IMG/VR virus record: IMGVR_UViG_3300042914_002215
DNA: 64,000 nt
DNA from: a virus
Reading direction: 5' to 3' (one strand)
Shown: piece by piece, positions 1 to 10,235 of the stretch
How the letters are laid out: the number at the start of each line of letters is the position of its first letter
How positions within the stretch are numbered: the stretch's first letter is position 1
Notes under the pieces: generated by a model
What the model saw: the letters and a program-made list of their open reading frames with translations, nothing else
Told to the model about the DNA's origin: nothing
The model's database searches: none
Position numbers and translations under genes: made by a program

Positions 1-1
1 T

Positions 2-259
2 GGATTTATTGGCACAGTAGAATACTTTAGCAACACTGCCACAGGCACACTTGTTGTTACTGGTGGTAACAAATACATTGAAAGATACTATACACTTACG
101 GGTGATTATTCTGGTGCGTCATATAACGTAGCAACACTTGACATCAATTCAGTCAATGCTGCTGCTGTGATTACAGAACCAGATCCAACATCTTCATTAC
201 CAAATGCTAACTTTGGTTACATTGAAACAATTACAGAATGGCCTGATACATTATCATGA
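2..259 (+). CDS. gp15: C-terminal end of tail sheath stabilizer/terminator (gp15-like), partial
   Basis: Open frame from window start ending ...ANFGYIETITEWPDTLS*; stop overlaps gp16 ATG (ATGA); T4 synteny. Confidence 0.6.
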   Translation, partial: GFIGTVEYFSNTATGTLVVTGGNKYIERYYTLTGDYSGASYNVATLDINSVNAAAVITEPDPTSSLPNANFGYIETITEWPDTLS

Positions 260-657
260 AAAAACTAAATCAAAATTTATCTGAAATCTTTGACGTTGAA
301 CCCATTGAAGAAAAACCGATAGAATCATTACCTGTTGTGATTGACGATTCTGTTAATCAAGTTGATGCTGATGCTGAATTTGCTCGTAGCAATATGCGTA
401 CACTGATTACAAATGGTAACGATGCGTTAGAAAAATTGGCATATGTTGCTGATCAATCTGAATCACCACGTGCATACGAAGTCTTAGCCACAATGATGAA
501 AAATCTGGCTGAGATGAACAAAGATTTGTTGGAACTTCAGAAAAGGAAAAGAGAGCTTGCACCCCAATCTGAATCCGCAAAAGGAGTCAACATAGATAAA
601 GCAGTCTTTGTTGGCTCCACAACCGAATTACTGAAGATGATAAAGGCAAATAAATAA
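256..657 (+). CDS. gp16: Terminase small subunit
   Basis: SESPRAYEV and VFVGSTTELLKM motifs; upstream of gp17. Confidence 0.9.
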   Translation: MKKLNQNLSEIFDVEPIEEKPIESLPVVIDDSVNQVDADAEFARSNMRTLITNGNDALEKLAYVADQSESPRAYEVLATMMKNLAEMNKDLLELQKRKRELAPQSESAKGVNIDKAVFVGSTTELLKMIKANK

Positions 658-661
658 AACT

Positions 662-1096
662 ATGGAACAACTAATAGAACAAATGAAAATCATACTTGGT
701 ACAAACTTTGGTTTGTATTTCAAGGCACATACTTTTCACTGGAATGTGGAAGGACCCGACTTTGCTCAGTATCATGGATTCTTAGGTGACTTCTATGATT
801 CGGTATTTGATCAAACTGATCCAATCGCAGAACACATTCGTGCATTGGGTTCATATGCACCAACAACACTTGCACGAATGATGGAACTATCCAAAGTGCA
901 AGACTTAGTTGCTATACCTTCACCGCTTATCATGATGTCAGAACTTGCACAAGACAACGACAAGTACATCGTGGAACTACGTGCAGGTATCGCACTTGCA
1001 GATGCAGCAGATGAGCCTGCCGTCGGTAACTTCTTACAAGACATTCTTGACGCACATCAAAAGCATGGCTGGATGCTAAAGAGTTTCACACGATAA
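662..1096 (+). CDS. dps: Dps-family ferritin-like protein
   Basis: HWNVEGPDF, H..L...Y, D.IAEHIRALG and H.KH.WML motifs. Confidence 0.92.
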   Translation: MEQLIEQMKIILGTNFGLYFKAHTFHWNVEGPDFAQYHGFLGDFYDSVFDQTDPIAEHIRALGSYAPTTLARMMELSKVQDLVAIPSPLIMMSELAQDNDKYIVELRAGIALADAADEPAVGNFLQDILDAHQKHGWMLKSFTR

Positions 1097-1099
1097 ATT

Positions 1100-2731
1100 A
1101 TGGATGACGGGTATCTTGGTAATGCACGACTGAAGAAAGTCGGTGTTGAATTATCCCTAACAGAAGAACAAGTAAAAGAGTTTGCAAAGTGTGCCGAAGA
1201 TCCGGTATATTTTATTGCCAACTACGTAAAAATTGTCAACGTTGACCGTGGTCTTGTCCCATTTGATATGTGGGACTTTCAAAAAGAAATGGTCAAGACG
1301 TTTCATGAAAATAGATTCTGTATCGCAAAAATGCCACGACAGGTTGGTAAAACAACTACCACTGTCGGCTACATGTTATGGTCTGCTTTGTTCAACGAAG
1401 AGTTTGTTATTGGTATTTTGGCTAACAAACTTCAATTGGCACAAGACATTCTGGCTAAGATACAGAAAGCATACGAATATCTTCCACACTGGTTGCAGCA
1501 AGGGATTGTCAACTGGAACAAACGTTCTTTAGAACTGGAAAACGGTTCAAAGATTTATGCTTACGCTACGTCAGCAGCGGGTGTTCGAGGTGGTACGTAC
1601 AATCTAATCTTTCTTGATGAGTTCGCATTCGTGCCACATAATATGGCAGTTGATTTCTTTACGTCAACGTATCCTGTTATCTCATCTGGTAAGACATCAA
1701 AAGTAATTATTGTTTCTACACCGAACGGTCTAAATCTATTCTACAAAATGTGGATGGATGCATTAGAGGGACGTTCTCTTTATAAGACACTTGAAGTTCA
1801 CTGGTCAATGGTACCAGGTCGTGATGAAAAGTGGAAAGAAGAAACAATACGAAACACTTCTGAAGAACAGTTTCGTCAAGAGTTTGAGACTGAATTCATT
1901 GGTTCTTCAGCAACACTCATCTCTGGTGCCAAATTACGATCAATGGCATTTCGTGATCCGATGCGAATTGAAGATGATGGAAATCTCTTTATCTACGAAG
2001 ATCCACGCCCAGGACGTATCTATATTGCTACTGTAGACTGCTCGGAAGGTGTTGGACTAGACTATCATACCATCAATATGATTGACGCTACCGAAGCACC
2101 ATACAGACAAGTAGCCAGATACCGAAACAATAAGTTGCCATTATATTTTTTACCTACAATAATCTATTCACTGGTCAACCGTTACAATGAAGCGTATGTG
2201 TTGATTGAAACTAACAATGTCGGTCAGCAAGTAGTAGATATTCTACATTATGATCTGGAATATGAACACGTTTACAAGCTGGAACATCATCATATCAAAG
2301 GTCAAAGTATTTCTGCCGGCTTCAAACGCTCTGTTGGATTTGGTATCAAAACAACCAAATCGGTCAAGAAAATTGGTTGTGCTAACCTAAAAACTCTAAT
2401 TGAAAGTGATAAGTTGATCGTCAATGACTTTGATACTATTGCAGAACTGAACACTTTTGTGCGTAAAAAAGATACTTTCATGGCAGAAGAAGGCAACAAT
2501 GATGATATCGTTATGGGTCTGGTGCTTTATGCTTGGCTGACAGCACAGACTTTCTTCAAAGATGAAACACGAATTGATATCCGCAAGATTTTGTTAGAAG
2601 AACAGCAGTTGTTGGGTGAGGAAAGTGTTCTTCCGTTTGGTTTTATTGAGGATGGACTGCGCCGAGAAGTAGAGGTGGAAGATGGAGACATGTGGGAGCC
2701 TCCAGCTGGCTATTTATCATCAAGTTTGTAA
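1100..2731 (+). CDS. gp17: Terminase large subunit
   Basis: PRQVGKTT Walker A, IFLDEFAF Walker B, STPNG, C-terminal DDIVM nuclease motif. Confidence 0.97.
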   Translation: MDDGYLGNARLKKVGVELSLTEEQVKEFAKCAEDPVYFIANYVKIVNVDRGLVPFDMWDFQKEMVKTFHENRFCIAKMPRQVGKTTTTVGYMLWSALFNEEFVIGILANKLQLAQDILAKIQKAYEYLPHWLQQGIVNWNKRSLELENGSKIYAYATSAAGVRGGTYNLIFLDEFAFVPHNMAVDFFTSTYPVISSGKTSKVIIVSTPNGLNLFYKMWMDALEGRSLYKTLEVHWSMVPGRDEKWKEETIRNTSEEQFRQEFETEFIGSSATLISGAKLRSMAFRDPMRIEDDGNLFIYEDPRPGRIYIATVDCSEGVGLDYHTINMIDATEAPYRQVARYRNNKLPLYFLPTIIYSLVNRYNEAYVLIETNNVGQQVVDILHYDLEYEHVYKLEHHHIKGQSISAGFKRSVGFGIKTTKSVKKIGCANLKTLIESDKLIVNDFDTIAELNTFVRKKDTFMAEEGNNDDIVMGLVLYAWLTAQTFFKDETRIDIRKILLEEQQLLGEESVLPFGFIEDGLRREVEVEDGDMWEPPAGYLSSSL

Positions 2732-2786
2732 AAAACTAAATAGACAATAAAAAGAAAATTGACCCAACAATAAAAGGAGAAATCCA

Positions 2787-4478
2787 ATGGCATTTCAATT
2801 ATCACCAGGAGTAAACGTATCAGAGATTGATCTGACTACAGTTATTCCTTCAGTGGCCACTTCTACTGGCGCATTCGTAGGACCTTTTGCTTGGGGACCA
2901 ATTGGTGAAGTAACTACTATTTCCGATGAAGTTCGTCTTGTGAACACATTCGGCAAACCAGATAGCGATAATTATGAATATTGGTTCTCTGCTGCGAACT
3001 TCCTGGCTTACGGAAATAATCTAAAAATCGTTCGTACTCAAGGCGTCGGCGCATTAAATGCAACATCGAACGGCACAGGTTTACTAATCAAAAATGAAGA
3101 TGATTACAATGACAACCATTCAAGCTATGCTGCTGGTGCATACGGTGATACAGGTGGTTGGGCAGCACGTTATGCTGGTTCATTAGGTAATAGTCTAAGA
3201 GTTTCTATGGCAGATGCAAACACATGGAATGTGTGGACATATGCATCACAGTTTAGTGCAACACCAAATACATCATCATACGTAGCAAGCCGTGGCGGTG
3301 CTAACGACGAAGTTCATATTGTTGTTGTTGACGAAGATGGTCTGTGGACAGGTACATCTGGCACAGTCTTAGAAAAATACGCATTTGTTTCTAAAGCATC
3401 TGATGCTAAAGATGACAGCGGCAATTCAAACTATTATAAAGATGTTGTTAATAAACAGTCACAGTATATTTGGTCACTGTCACATCCAACTAATCTAGGT
3501 ACTGGTACTGCATGGGGATCAGTTGCTAATACATCTGCATTCAAATTGTTTACAAGTAACTCTGCTAACTCATTGTCAGCAGGTACAGTAGGTACATCAG
3601 GCACAGCAAACGTTACAACAGGTTGGGATTCATTTAAGAATGCTGAATCTGTAGATGTATCATTACTCGTAACTGGTACAGGTAATAGCACGGTTGCTTC
3701 ATATGTTATCAGCAACATTGCAGAATCACGTAAAGATTGCGTAGCGTTTATCTCTCCAGAAAAAGCAGACTGTGTTGACAATGCAGGCAATGAAGTTACA
3801 GATATCAAAGCATTCCGTAATGGTCTGACTTCATCTTCTTATGCATTCTTAGACTCAGGTTACAAATATCAGTACGACAAATACTCAGATGTTTATCGTT
3901 GGATTCCTCTGAACGGTGACATTGCGGGTCTGTGTGTACGTACCGACAACGAACGTGATCCTTGGTTCTCACCTGGCGGTTTCAATCGTGGTCAAATCAA
4001 GAACGTAATCAAACTTTCATGGAATCCAACAAAAGCAAATCGTGATGATCTGTACCAAGTTGGTGTAAACCCTGTCGTTTCGTTCCCAGGTGAAGGCACA
4101 GTTCTGTACGGAGATAAAACTCTGTTGAGCAAGCCAAGTGCATTTGATCGTATCAATGTACGCCGTCTGTTCATCACACTTGAGAAAGCAATCTCACGTG
4201 CAGCACGTTTCTCACTGTTTGAATTCAATGATCAGTTCACACGTGCTCAGTTTGTTGCTCTAGTTGAGCCATTCCTGCGTGACGTTCAAGGTCGCCGTGG
4301 TATCACTGACTTCCGTGTAGTCTGCGATGACACAAACAACACAGGAGAAGTTATTGACCGTAATGAATTTGTTGGTGACATTTACATTAAACCTGCTCGT
4401 TCTATCAACTTTATTCAACTTAACTTTGTTGCAGTACGCACAGGTGTAAGTTTCAATGAAGTTGTAGGTGCAGCTTAA
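2787..4478 (+). CDS. gp18: Contractile tail sheath protein
   Basis: SPGVNVSEIDLT, PWFSPGG, FDRINVRRLF, IKPARSINFIQLNF. Confidence 0.97.
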   Translation: MAFQLSPGVNVSEIDLTTVIPSVATSTGAFVGPFAWGPIGEVTTISDEVRLVNTFGKPDSDNYEYWFSAANFLAYGNNLKIVRTQGVGALNATSNGTGLLIKNEDDYNDNHSSYAAGAYGDTGGWAARYAGSLGNSLRVSMADANTWNVWTYASQFSATPNTSSYVASRGGANDEVHIVVVDEDGLWTGTSGTVLEKYAFVSKASDAKDDSGNSNYYKDVVNKQSQYIWSLSHPTNLGTGTAWGSVANTSAFKLFTSNSANSLSAGTVGTSGTANVTTGWDSFKNAESVDVSLLVTGTGNSTVASYVISNIAESRKDCVAFISPEKADCVDNAGNEVTDIKAFRNGLTSSSYAFLDSGYKYQYDKYSDVYRWIPLNGDIAGLCVRTDNERDPWFSPGGFNRGQIKNVIKLSWNPTKANRDDLYQVGVNPVVSFPGEGTVLYGDKTLLSKPSAFDRINVRRLFITLEKAISRAARFSLFEFNDQFTRAQFVALVEPFLRDVQGRRGITDFRVVCDDTNNTGEVIDRNEFVGDIYIKPARSINFIQLNFVAVRTGVSFNEVVGAA

Positions 4479-4502
4479 ATAAGAGAAACAGGAGAAAATT
4501 AA

Positions 4503-5048
4503 ATGGCATTTAACGTAAATCAGTTCCGTTCACAATTACAAGGTGACGGTGCCCGCCCAAATCTATTTGAGGTAAGTATGCCGTTTCCTGCGTTCTCACT
4601 GCCAGGAAACGCACAAACAAAAATGACGTTCATGTGTAAGACAGCACAACTTCCAGGTTCAACTCTGGGCGTTGTGCCTGTTCAATACTTTGGTCGTGAA
4701 TTGAAGTTTGTGGGCAATCGTACTTTTGCTGATTGGACAGTAACAATTATCAACGATGAAGATTTTGTTGTACGTAACGCATTTGAGCGTTGGATGAATG
4801 GTATCAATAGCCATAATCTGAACGTTCGTAATCCAGTTGCAGGTACACCACTAGGCTATACAGTTGATGGTGAAGTTACTCAGTTCGGTAAAGCAGGTAA
4901 CAACATCAAGAAATATAAGTTTGTAGGTATGTTCCCATCTGACATCACTCCAATTGATGTTGATTGGGGATCAAATGATACGATTGAAGAGTTTTCTGTA
5001 ACACTTACCTACCAGTGGTGGGAAGCAGTTGCAGATGGTGTGATCTAA
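4503..5048 (+). CDS. gp19: Tail tube protein
   Basis: GARPNLFEV, GNRTFADWTVTIINDEDF, IEEFSVTLTYQWW. Confidence 0.96.
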   Translation: MAFNVNQFRSQLQGDGARPNLFEVSMPFPAFSLPGNAQTKMTFMCKTAQLPGSTLGVVPVQYFGRELKFVGNRTFADWTVTIINDEDFVVRNAFERWMNGINSHNLNVRNPVAGTPLGYTVDGEVTQFGKAGNNIKKYKFVGMFPSDITPIDVDWGSNDTIEEFSVTLTYQWWEAVADGVI

Positions 5049-5049
5049 G

Positions 5050-5076
5050 AGTAAGGGTGTTTTACCCTTACTTTTT
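5050..5076 (+). terminator. Intrinsic terminator after gp19
   Basis: AGTAAGGGT-GTTTT-ACCCTTACT followed by TTTT. Confidence 0.7.
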
Positions 5077-5094
5077 AATTTAGGATGATATTTA

Positions 5095-6765
5095 ATGGCA
5101 ATTAAACTATTTGGTTTCACATTTGGTGGAAGGGATGTCGTTAAGGCTGAGAAGCCCGAACAGGCATCCTTTACACTGCCTTCTGCTGCACAGTTGGATG
5201 ATGGTGCAGTTACAGTCACGCAGAATGCCTACTACGGCACCTATGTTGACTTAGAAGGTTCAGTTCGCAATGAGATTGAACTCATCACACGATATCGTGA
5301 AATGTCCAATCATCCAGAATGTCAAATGGCAATTGATGAAATTGTCAATGAAGCCATCACACATGATGATCAAGGCAAAGTTGTTGACATCGTTCTTGAT
5401 AATTTGAAACAACCAGAATCAATTAAGAAAAAGATTATAGAAGAATTCAATAACGTTCAGAGAATGTTGAACTTTAATAATCTTGCTGACGATTTGTTCA
5501 AGCGTTGGTACATTGATGGTCGTATGTTTTATCATGTGATAGTAAACGACAAGAATCCAAAAGAAGGTATTCAAGAACTTAGATACATCGATCCACGTAA
5601 GATTCGTAAAGTACGTGAGATCAAAAAAGATCGTGATCCTAAGACAGGTGCAATGATCATCGTGTCGGTTGCTGAATACTACGTTTACAATGATCGTGGT
5701 ACAACAACACAAACATTTACAGCAAATGTAGGTCAAGGTCTCCGTATTGCACCAGACTCAATCATCAATGTGAATTCTGGTTTGATGGATGCTAAGAATA
5801 CATTTGTCATTTCATATTTACATAAAGCAATCAAGCCTCTCAATCAACTTAGAATGATTGAAGATGCGATTGTTATCTATCGTATTTCACGTGCACCTGA
5901 ACGCCGCATATTTTACATTGATGTAGGTAACTTACCACGTGGCAAAGCAGAACAATATCTACGTGACATCATGATCAAGTATCGTAATAAACTTGTCTAT
6001 GATGCCAACACAGGTGAGATTCGTGACGAGCGTAAGCATATGTCCATGTTAGAGGACTTCTGGCTACCACGCCGTGAAGGCGGTAAAGGTACAGAGATTA
6101 CAACTCTACCAGCAGGACAAAATCTTGGTGAACTAGAAGATGTAAAGTATTTCCAAAAGAAATTACTTCAATCTCTAAACGTGCCTTATTCACGCCTTGA
6201 ATCACAAGAAGGTGGTTTAGCAGGTCTTGGTCGTTCACAAGAAGTTACACGTGATGAACTGAAGTTTGCCAAGTTCGTTATTCGTCTGCGTAATAAGTTC
6301 TCACAAGTGTTTGATGATGCATTGAGAATTCAATTGACACTCAAAGGTATCTGCACACGTGAAGAGTGGGATGAGTTCAAAGAGAATATTTACTACGACT
6401 TCCGTAAAGACAATAACTTTACCGAGTTGCGTGAGGCAGAGTTACTACAAAACAGATTGCAAATGGTGCAGTTGGTTGATCCATTCGTTGGTCGTTATTT
6501 CTCCAATCATTACGTTCAGAATAAGATTCTTATGATGACTGATGAAGAGATTGAAGCAATGCAAAAACAGATTCAGGAAGAGAAAGAAACTTTGCCTGAT
6601 GACATGCAAGGTCCTGTATTGGGTGGTCCACCACAAGGTGCAGAACCACAAGCAGAGCCAGAAGATAACACGGTAGAAAATGCCGAAGAGCCTGAGTCAT
6701 TGACACCTCAACTTGACGATGAGGTAAACAGAGCGGTTGTCAACATAAATAATAGACGCAGATAA
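5095..6765 (+). CDS. gp20: Portal protein
   Basis: YRISRAPERRIFYIDVGNLP, EDFWLPRREGGKGTEITTLP. Confidence 0.97.
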   Translation: MAIKLFGFTFGGRDVVKAEKPEQASFTLPSAAQLDDGAVTVTQNAYYGTYVDLEGSVRNEIELITRYREMSNHPECQMAIDEIVNEAITHDDQGKVVDIVLDNLKQPESIKKKIIEEFNNVQRMLNFNNLADDLFKRWYIDGRMFYHVIVNDKNPKEGIQELRYIDPRKIRKVREIKKDRDPKTGAMIIVSVAEYYVYNDRGTTTQTFTANVGQGLRIAPDSIINVNSGLMDAKNTFVISYLHKAIKPLNQLRMIEDAIVIYRISRAPERRIFYIDVGNLPRGKAEQYLRDIMIKYRNKLVYDANTGEIRDERKHMSMLEDFWLPRREGGKGTEITTLPAGQNLGELEDVKYFQKKLLQSLNVPYSRLESQEGGLAGLGRSQEVTRDELKFAKFVIRLRNKFSQVFDDALRIQLTLKGICTREEWDEFKENIYYDFRKDNNFTELREAELLQNRLQMVQLVDPFVGRYFSNHYVQNKILMMTDEEIEAMQKQIQEEKETLPDDMQGPVLGGPPQGAEPQAEPEDNTVENAEEPESLTPQLDDEVNRAVVNINNRRR

Positions 6766-6776
6766 GAAAGGTTATT

Positions 6777-6983
6777 ATGGATATCAAAGATATTATCAAC
6801 AATATTGCTGCTGGTGATAACATTGCAGCAAAAGAAGGTATAGAAAATGTTTTATCAGCCAAAGCGTTCGATGCGCTCCAAGGTCGCAAGCAAGAAATCG
6901 CTACAACTCTTTTTGGCGGGAAAGAGCAAGAGTCAGAAGAAGTTACAGGCGATGAAGAAAGCGAAGAAGCAACAGAAGAATGA
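6777..6983 (+). CDS. gp67: Small acidic prohead core protein (gp67-like)
   Basis: Directly after portal; acidic C-terminus; CATAAATA late-promoter-like box at 6744-6751. Confidence 0.6.
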   Translation: MDIKDIINNIAAGDNIAAKEGIENVLSAKAFDALQGRKQEIATTLFGGKEQESEEVTGDEESEEATEE

Positions 6984-7639
6984 AATCATTACTTGAGTTC
7001 AAATCTATTGTAGAAGAAGAGAAGTCAGACTACTCTAAGTTTGACGCACTTGTTCGTGCAGGATTGGCAAACAAGGCACAGTTGAGTCGTATTCATAAAA
7101 TCTTAGATAAGATGGGTGAAGAACGTCCTGTGTTCAATAATGCTGACCGTGAAATCATGCGTAATCTATTCAATCGCATGGTAGATTTAGTTTCAAGTAA
7201 ACAGATGTTTACCAAAACAAAACAAGCAATACGTGAAGAAGTGGAACTGAATGAAGGTCCAATGGATACACCATTAGTTCCAGATCCACCGGTAATATTG
7301 GTAATCAAACGTAAAGCAGTAAGATTGTATCCAGATGGCACCCGTATTGCTCTGTATTGGAGTGATAAGATAAAAAGAGTTTTCAGTTTGCCATATGGTC
7401 CTGCTGTTCAGCCAGTGATTCAAGCAGAAGAATATGTGCAAGAATTGATGGAGTCTGAAGAGTTATTACTAAATGACGGTAATAAAATTACTCTATCTGA
7501 AGAATCAAAACAACAAATTATAAACACATACGAACAGTTAGACGAAGAAAGCAAAGATTACTTCTGGCAGCAACTAACTGAATCGGTATCAACATTTGGA
7601 AAACTGTATGAATTTTGTAGACTTAATTCTGCAAAATAA
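6980..7639 (+). CDS. Hypothetical head-internal/core protein
   Basis: In head morphogenesis cluster; MKSLLEFKSIVEE leader; internal IREE, ELNE, LTE sites. Confidence 0.5.
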   Translation: MKSLLEFKSIVEEEKSDYSKFDALVRAGLANKAQLSRIHKILDKMGEERPVFNNADREIMRNLFNRMVDLVSSKQMFTKTKQAIREEVELNEGPMDTPLVPDPPVILVIKRKAVRLYPDGTRIALYWSDKIKRVFSLPYGPAVQPVIQAEEYVQELMESEELLLNDGNKITLSEESKQQIINTYEQLDEESKDYFWQQLTESVSTFGKLYEFCRLNSAK

Positions 7640-8069
7640 ATTAGACGAAGCCAAAGAACTTATCTTTGCACGTTTAGACGAGATTGCTTCTGTTCGTATG
7701 GAAGAAGCGAAACCATATATTGTTGATGCGATGTATGAAGAGATTGAAGTTGACGAAGAAGTATTAGAAGAAGCAGCTAAGAAACGCAATCCAAACATTC
7801 AGAAGATGGGTCGTATTACAAAAATACGTCGCCGTATTCGTCGTAATAAAAAAGGTAGAATTATAGTTCAGCGCAATGTTAAGAAATCTGGACTTAAAGG
7901 TTATAGAATTTCTGGTAGCACAGTCAAACGTATACCAGCAACAGTAAGATTACGCAAAGCACGTTTATTAAAACGTTCTTGGAAAACAACTAGAAAAAGT
8001 AAACTAAGACGTACATTGATGAAGAGAAAAATGTCAATGCGCCGTCGTAAAGCTATGGGACTAAAATAA
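7608..8069 (+). CDS. gp68: Prohead core protein (gp68-like)
   Basis: Acidic N-half, very Arg/Lys-rich C-half (KRKMSMRRRKAMGL); synteny. Confidence 0.7.
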   Translation: MNFVDLILQNKLDEAKELIFARLDEIASVRMEEAKPYIVDAMYEEIEVDEEVLEEAAKKRNPNIQKMGRITKIRRRIRRNKKGRIIVQRNVKKSGLKGYRISGSTVKRIPATVRLRKARLLKRSWKTTRKSKLRRTLMKRKMSMRRRKAMGLK

Positions 8070-8070
8070 A

Positions 8071-8433
8071 ATGCCATTTGAAATTACCAATACTCTAAGA
8101 GGATCGTCAATTGTACGAGCAGTCGATCCTGGTACATATACAATCACTCTCAATAGTTTAAGAGCAAATACTACAACCGAGACTGTTACTGCTGCTGACA
8201 TCAAACATGTTTTGTGGTCAACAAACGGTAATATTCGTATCACAAGAAACGGTGTTCCTTTGTTAGCACTTCAAAATGGTGGTGACATGGATTTTGATTC
8301 GTATGGATATTCGGTTGCAAATAATAACACTCAAAGCATTGTAATTGAAATCAATACTGGCGGAACAATTATTTTACATCTTGCCAAGTATGCAACATAC
8401 AATGTTGATCCATATACAGGAGTAGCAATCTAA
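8071..8433 (+). CDS. Hypothetical virion protein
   Basis: 120-aa ORF between gp68 and gp21, tightly coupled. Confidence 0.55.
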   Translation: MPFEITNTLRGSSIVRAVDPGTYTITLNSLRANTTTETVTAADIKHVLWSTNGNIRITRNGVPLLALQNGGDMDFDSYGYSVANNNTQSIVIEINTGGTIILHLAKYATYNVDPYTGVAI

Positions 8434-9083
8434 TGAAACTCATCAAAGAACATATTGAGAATGTAAGATATCTTACCGAAAAAACGGAAGATGGTAAGAA
8501 ACAACTTTACATTGAAGGTACATTCCTTGTTGGTGATACAGTCAATCGCAACAACCGTATGTACAAAATGGACACACTTCGTAACGAAGTGCAACGATAC
8601 ACAGAAGAATACATCAATTCTAATCGTGCGCTTGGTGAACTAGGACATCCAGACACACCATCTCTAAATCTAGAACGTGTGTCACACAAGATTACAAGTT
8701 TGGTAGAGAACGGCAATACATTTGTCGGTAAAGCACTGATCATGGAAACACCATATGGTTTGATTGCTAAGAATCTTATTGAGTCTGGCGTTAATCTGGG
8801 TGTATCTTCACGTGCTTTAGGTTCTGTCGTTATGACTAAAGAAGGTTACAATCTGGTACAAGATGATTTGCGTCTTGCTACTGCTGCTGATATTGTTGCT
8901 GATCCTTCCGCTCCAGGTGCTTTTGTTCAAGGCATTATGGAAAACAAAGAATGGTTATTCGTAGAAGGTCGTTTTGTAGAATCTGATATCGACTATTCTA
9001 AGCAACAGATTCGTAAGGCATCACGCAGAGAGATTGAGGCTGTAGGATTACAGCTCTTCGAAAACTTCCTACGAAAACTTTAA
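8433..9083 (+). CDS. gp21: Prohead protease
   Basis: ALGELGHP, GVSSRALGS, DIVADPSAPGAFV. Confidence 0.96.
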   Translation: MKLIKEHIENVRYLTEKTEDGKKQLYIEGTFLVGDTVNRNNRMYKMDTLRNEVQRYTEEYINSNRALGELGHPDTPSLNLERVSHKITSLVENGNTFVGKALIMETPYGLIAKNLIESGVNLGVSSRALGSVVMTKEGYNLVQDDLRLATAADIVADPSAPGAFVQGIMENKEWLFVEGRFVESDIDYSKQQIRKASRREIEAVGLQLFENFLRKL

Positions 9084-9087
9084 AATT

Positions 9088-9095
9088 TATAAATA
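9088..9095 (+). promoter_or_regulatory. T4-type late promoter
   Basis: TATAAATA consensus upstream of gp22. Confidence 0.85.
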
Positions 9096-9117
9096 AGAAA
9101 TCATAAGGAGATATTCA

Positions 9118-10212
9118 ATGGCAACAACTAAACTAATGGAAGCCGCAGCAGATATTCTTGCAAAAAGCAAGTCATCCGCTGGTGGTATGCCAATGCCTAA
9201 ATTAACTCAGAACACACCTCCAGGCAATCCTGGAACACCTGAAGATTTAGGTGGTCCTACACCACAGAATTATAAGAACAACGATGATTCTGCTAAGTTG
9301 ACAAATAAAGCAACTGCTAAAAGTGCTTCTGCACCTACAACAAAGCCTTCGGCAGCATCAAGCGACGTTCAACTTGGAGACAAGAACATGAAAGCAGGCA
9401 CAGGTACAGCAATGATGCCTGAAGAGACAGAAGAAGGCGAACTGGTGCTTGACGATGAGTCAGCAATCGAAGAAATGAAAGCACAAATGAAAGAAGATGT
9501 TGCTTCATTGTTTGCCGATGACTCAAACATCTCTGAAGATTTCAAAGCAAAAGCAGCGACAATCTTTGAAGCACGTGTATTTGACCGTGTTGCTCAGATT
9601 CAAGAACAATTGGAAGCAGAATATGCTGGTCAATTAGAAGAAGCTGTTAATGCTATCCGTGATGAACTCACAGAAAAAGTAGATGATTACCTGAACTACG
9701 TAGTAGAGCAGTGGATGCAAGAAAACGAAATCGCAATTGAAAGCGGTCTACGTTCCGAAATCACTGAGGACTTTATTGCTGGTCTGCGTAATCTGTTTGC
9801 CGAAAACTATATCAACGTTCCAGAAGATAAAGTTGACCTAGTAGATGAACTAGCATCTAAGGTTGAAGAGCTGGAAGTTAAACTGAATGAAGAAATTGAA
9901 GCAAATGTTCAGTATAAAAAACAACTTACTGAAGCAATCAAAGCACAACTGGTAAATGAAGTATGCGAAGGTCTTACAGCAACTCAAGTAGAAAAAATTA
10001 AAGCACTTGCAGAGAGTGTAGAGTTCTCCACAGAGGAAGAATTCACAGAAAAACTTGAGACAATTCGTGAGAACTACTTCCCATCAGGCGTAAAGAAAGC
10101 CAATGCTTCACAGTTGCACGAAGAAGTGGAAGATGATGGCACTGAAAAGAAAGTTGCCGCTGATCCATACGTCGCTTCGGTTGCACAAGCAATTTCTAAA
10201 ATCAAAATCTAA
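9118..10212 (+). CDS. gp22: Prohead scaffold/core protein
   Basis: KAATIFEA, VDDYLNYVVEQWM; acidic coiled coil before MCP. Confidence 0.93.
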   Translation: MATTKLMEAAADILAKSKSSAGGMPMPKLTQNTPPGNPGTPEDLGGPTPQNYKNNDDSAKLTNKATAKSASAPTTKPSAASSDVQLGDKNMKAGTGTAMMPEETEEGELVLDDESAIEEMKAQMKEDVASLFADDSNISEDFKAKAATIFEARVFDRVAQIQEQLEAEYAGQLEEAVNAIRDELTEKVDDYLNYVVEQWMQENEIAIESGLRSEITEDFIAGLRNLFAENYINVPEDKVDLVDELASKVEELEVKLNEEIEANVQYKKQLTEAIKAQLVNEVCEGLTATQVEKIKALAESVEFSTEEEFTEKLETIRENYFPSGVKKANASQLHEEVEDDGTEKKVAADPYVASVAQAISKIKI

Positions 10213-10235
10213 AAATAAAATAAGGAGATACAAAG

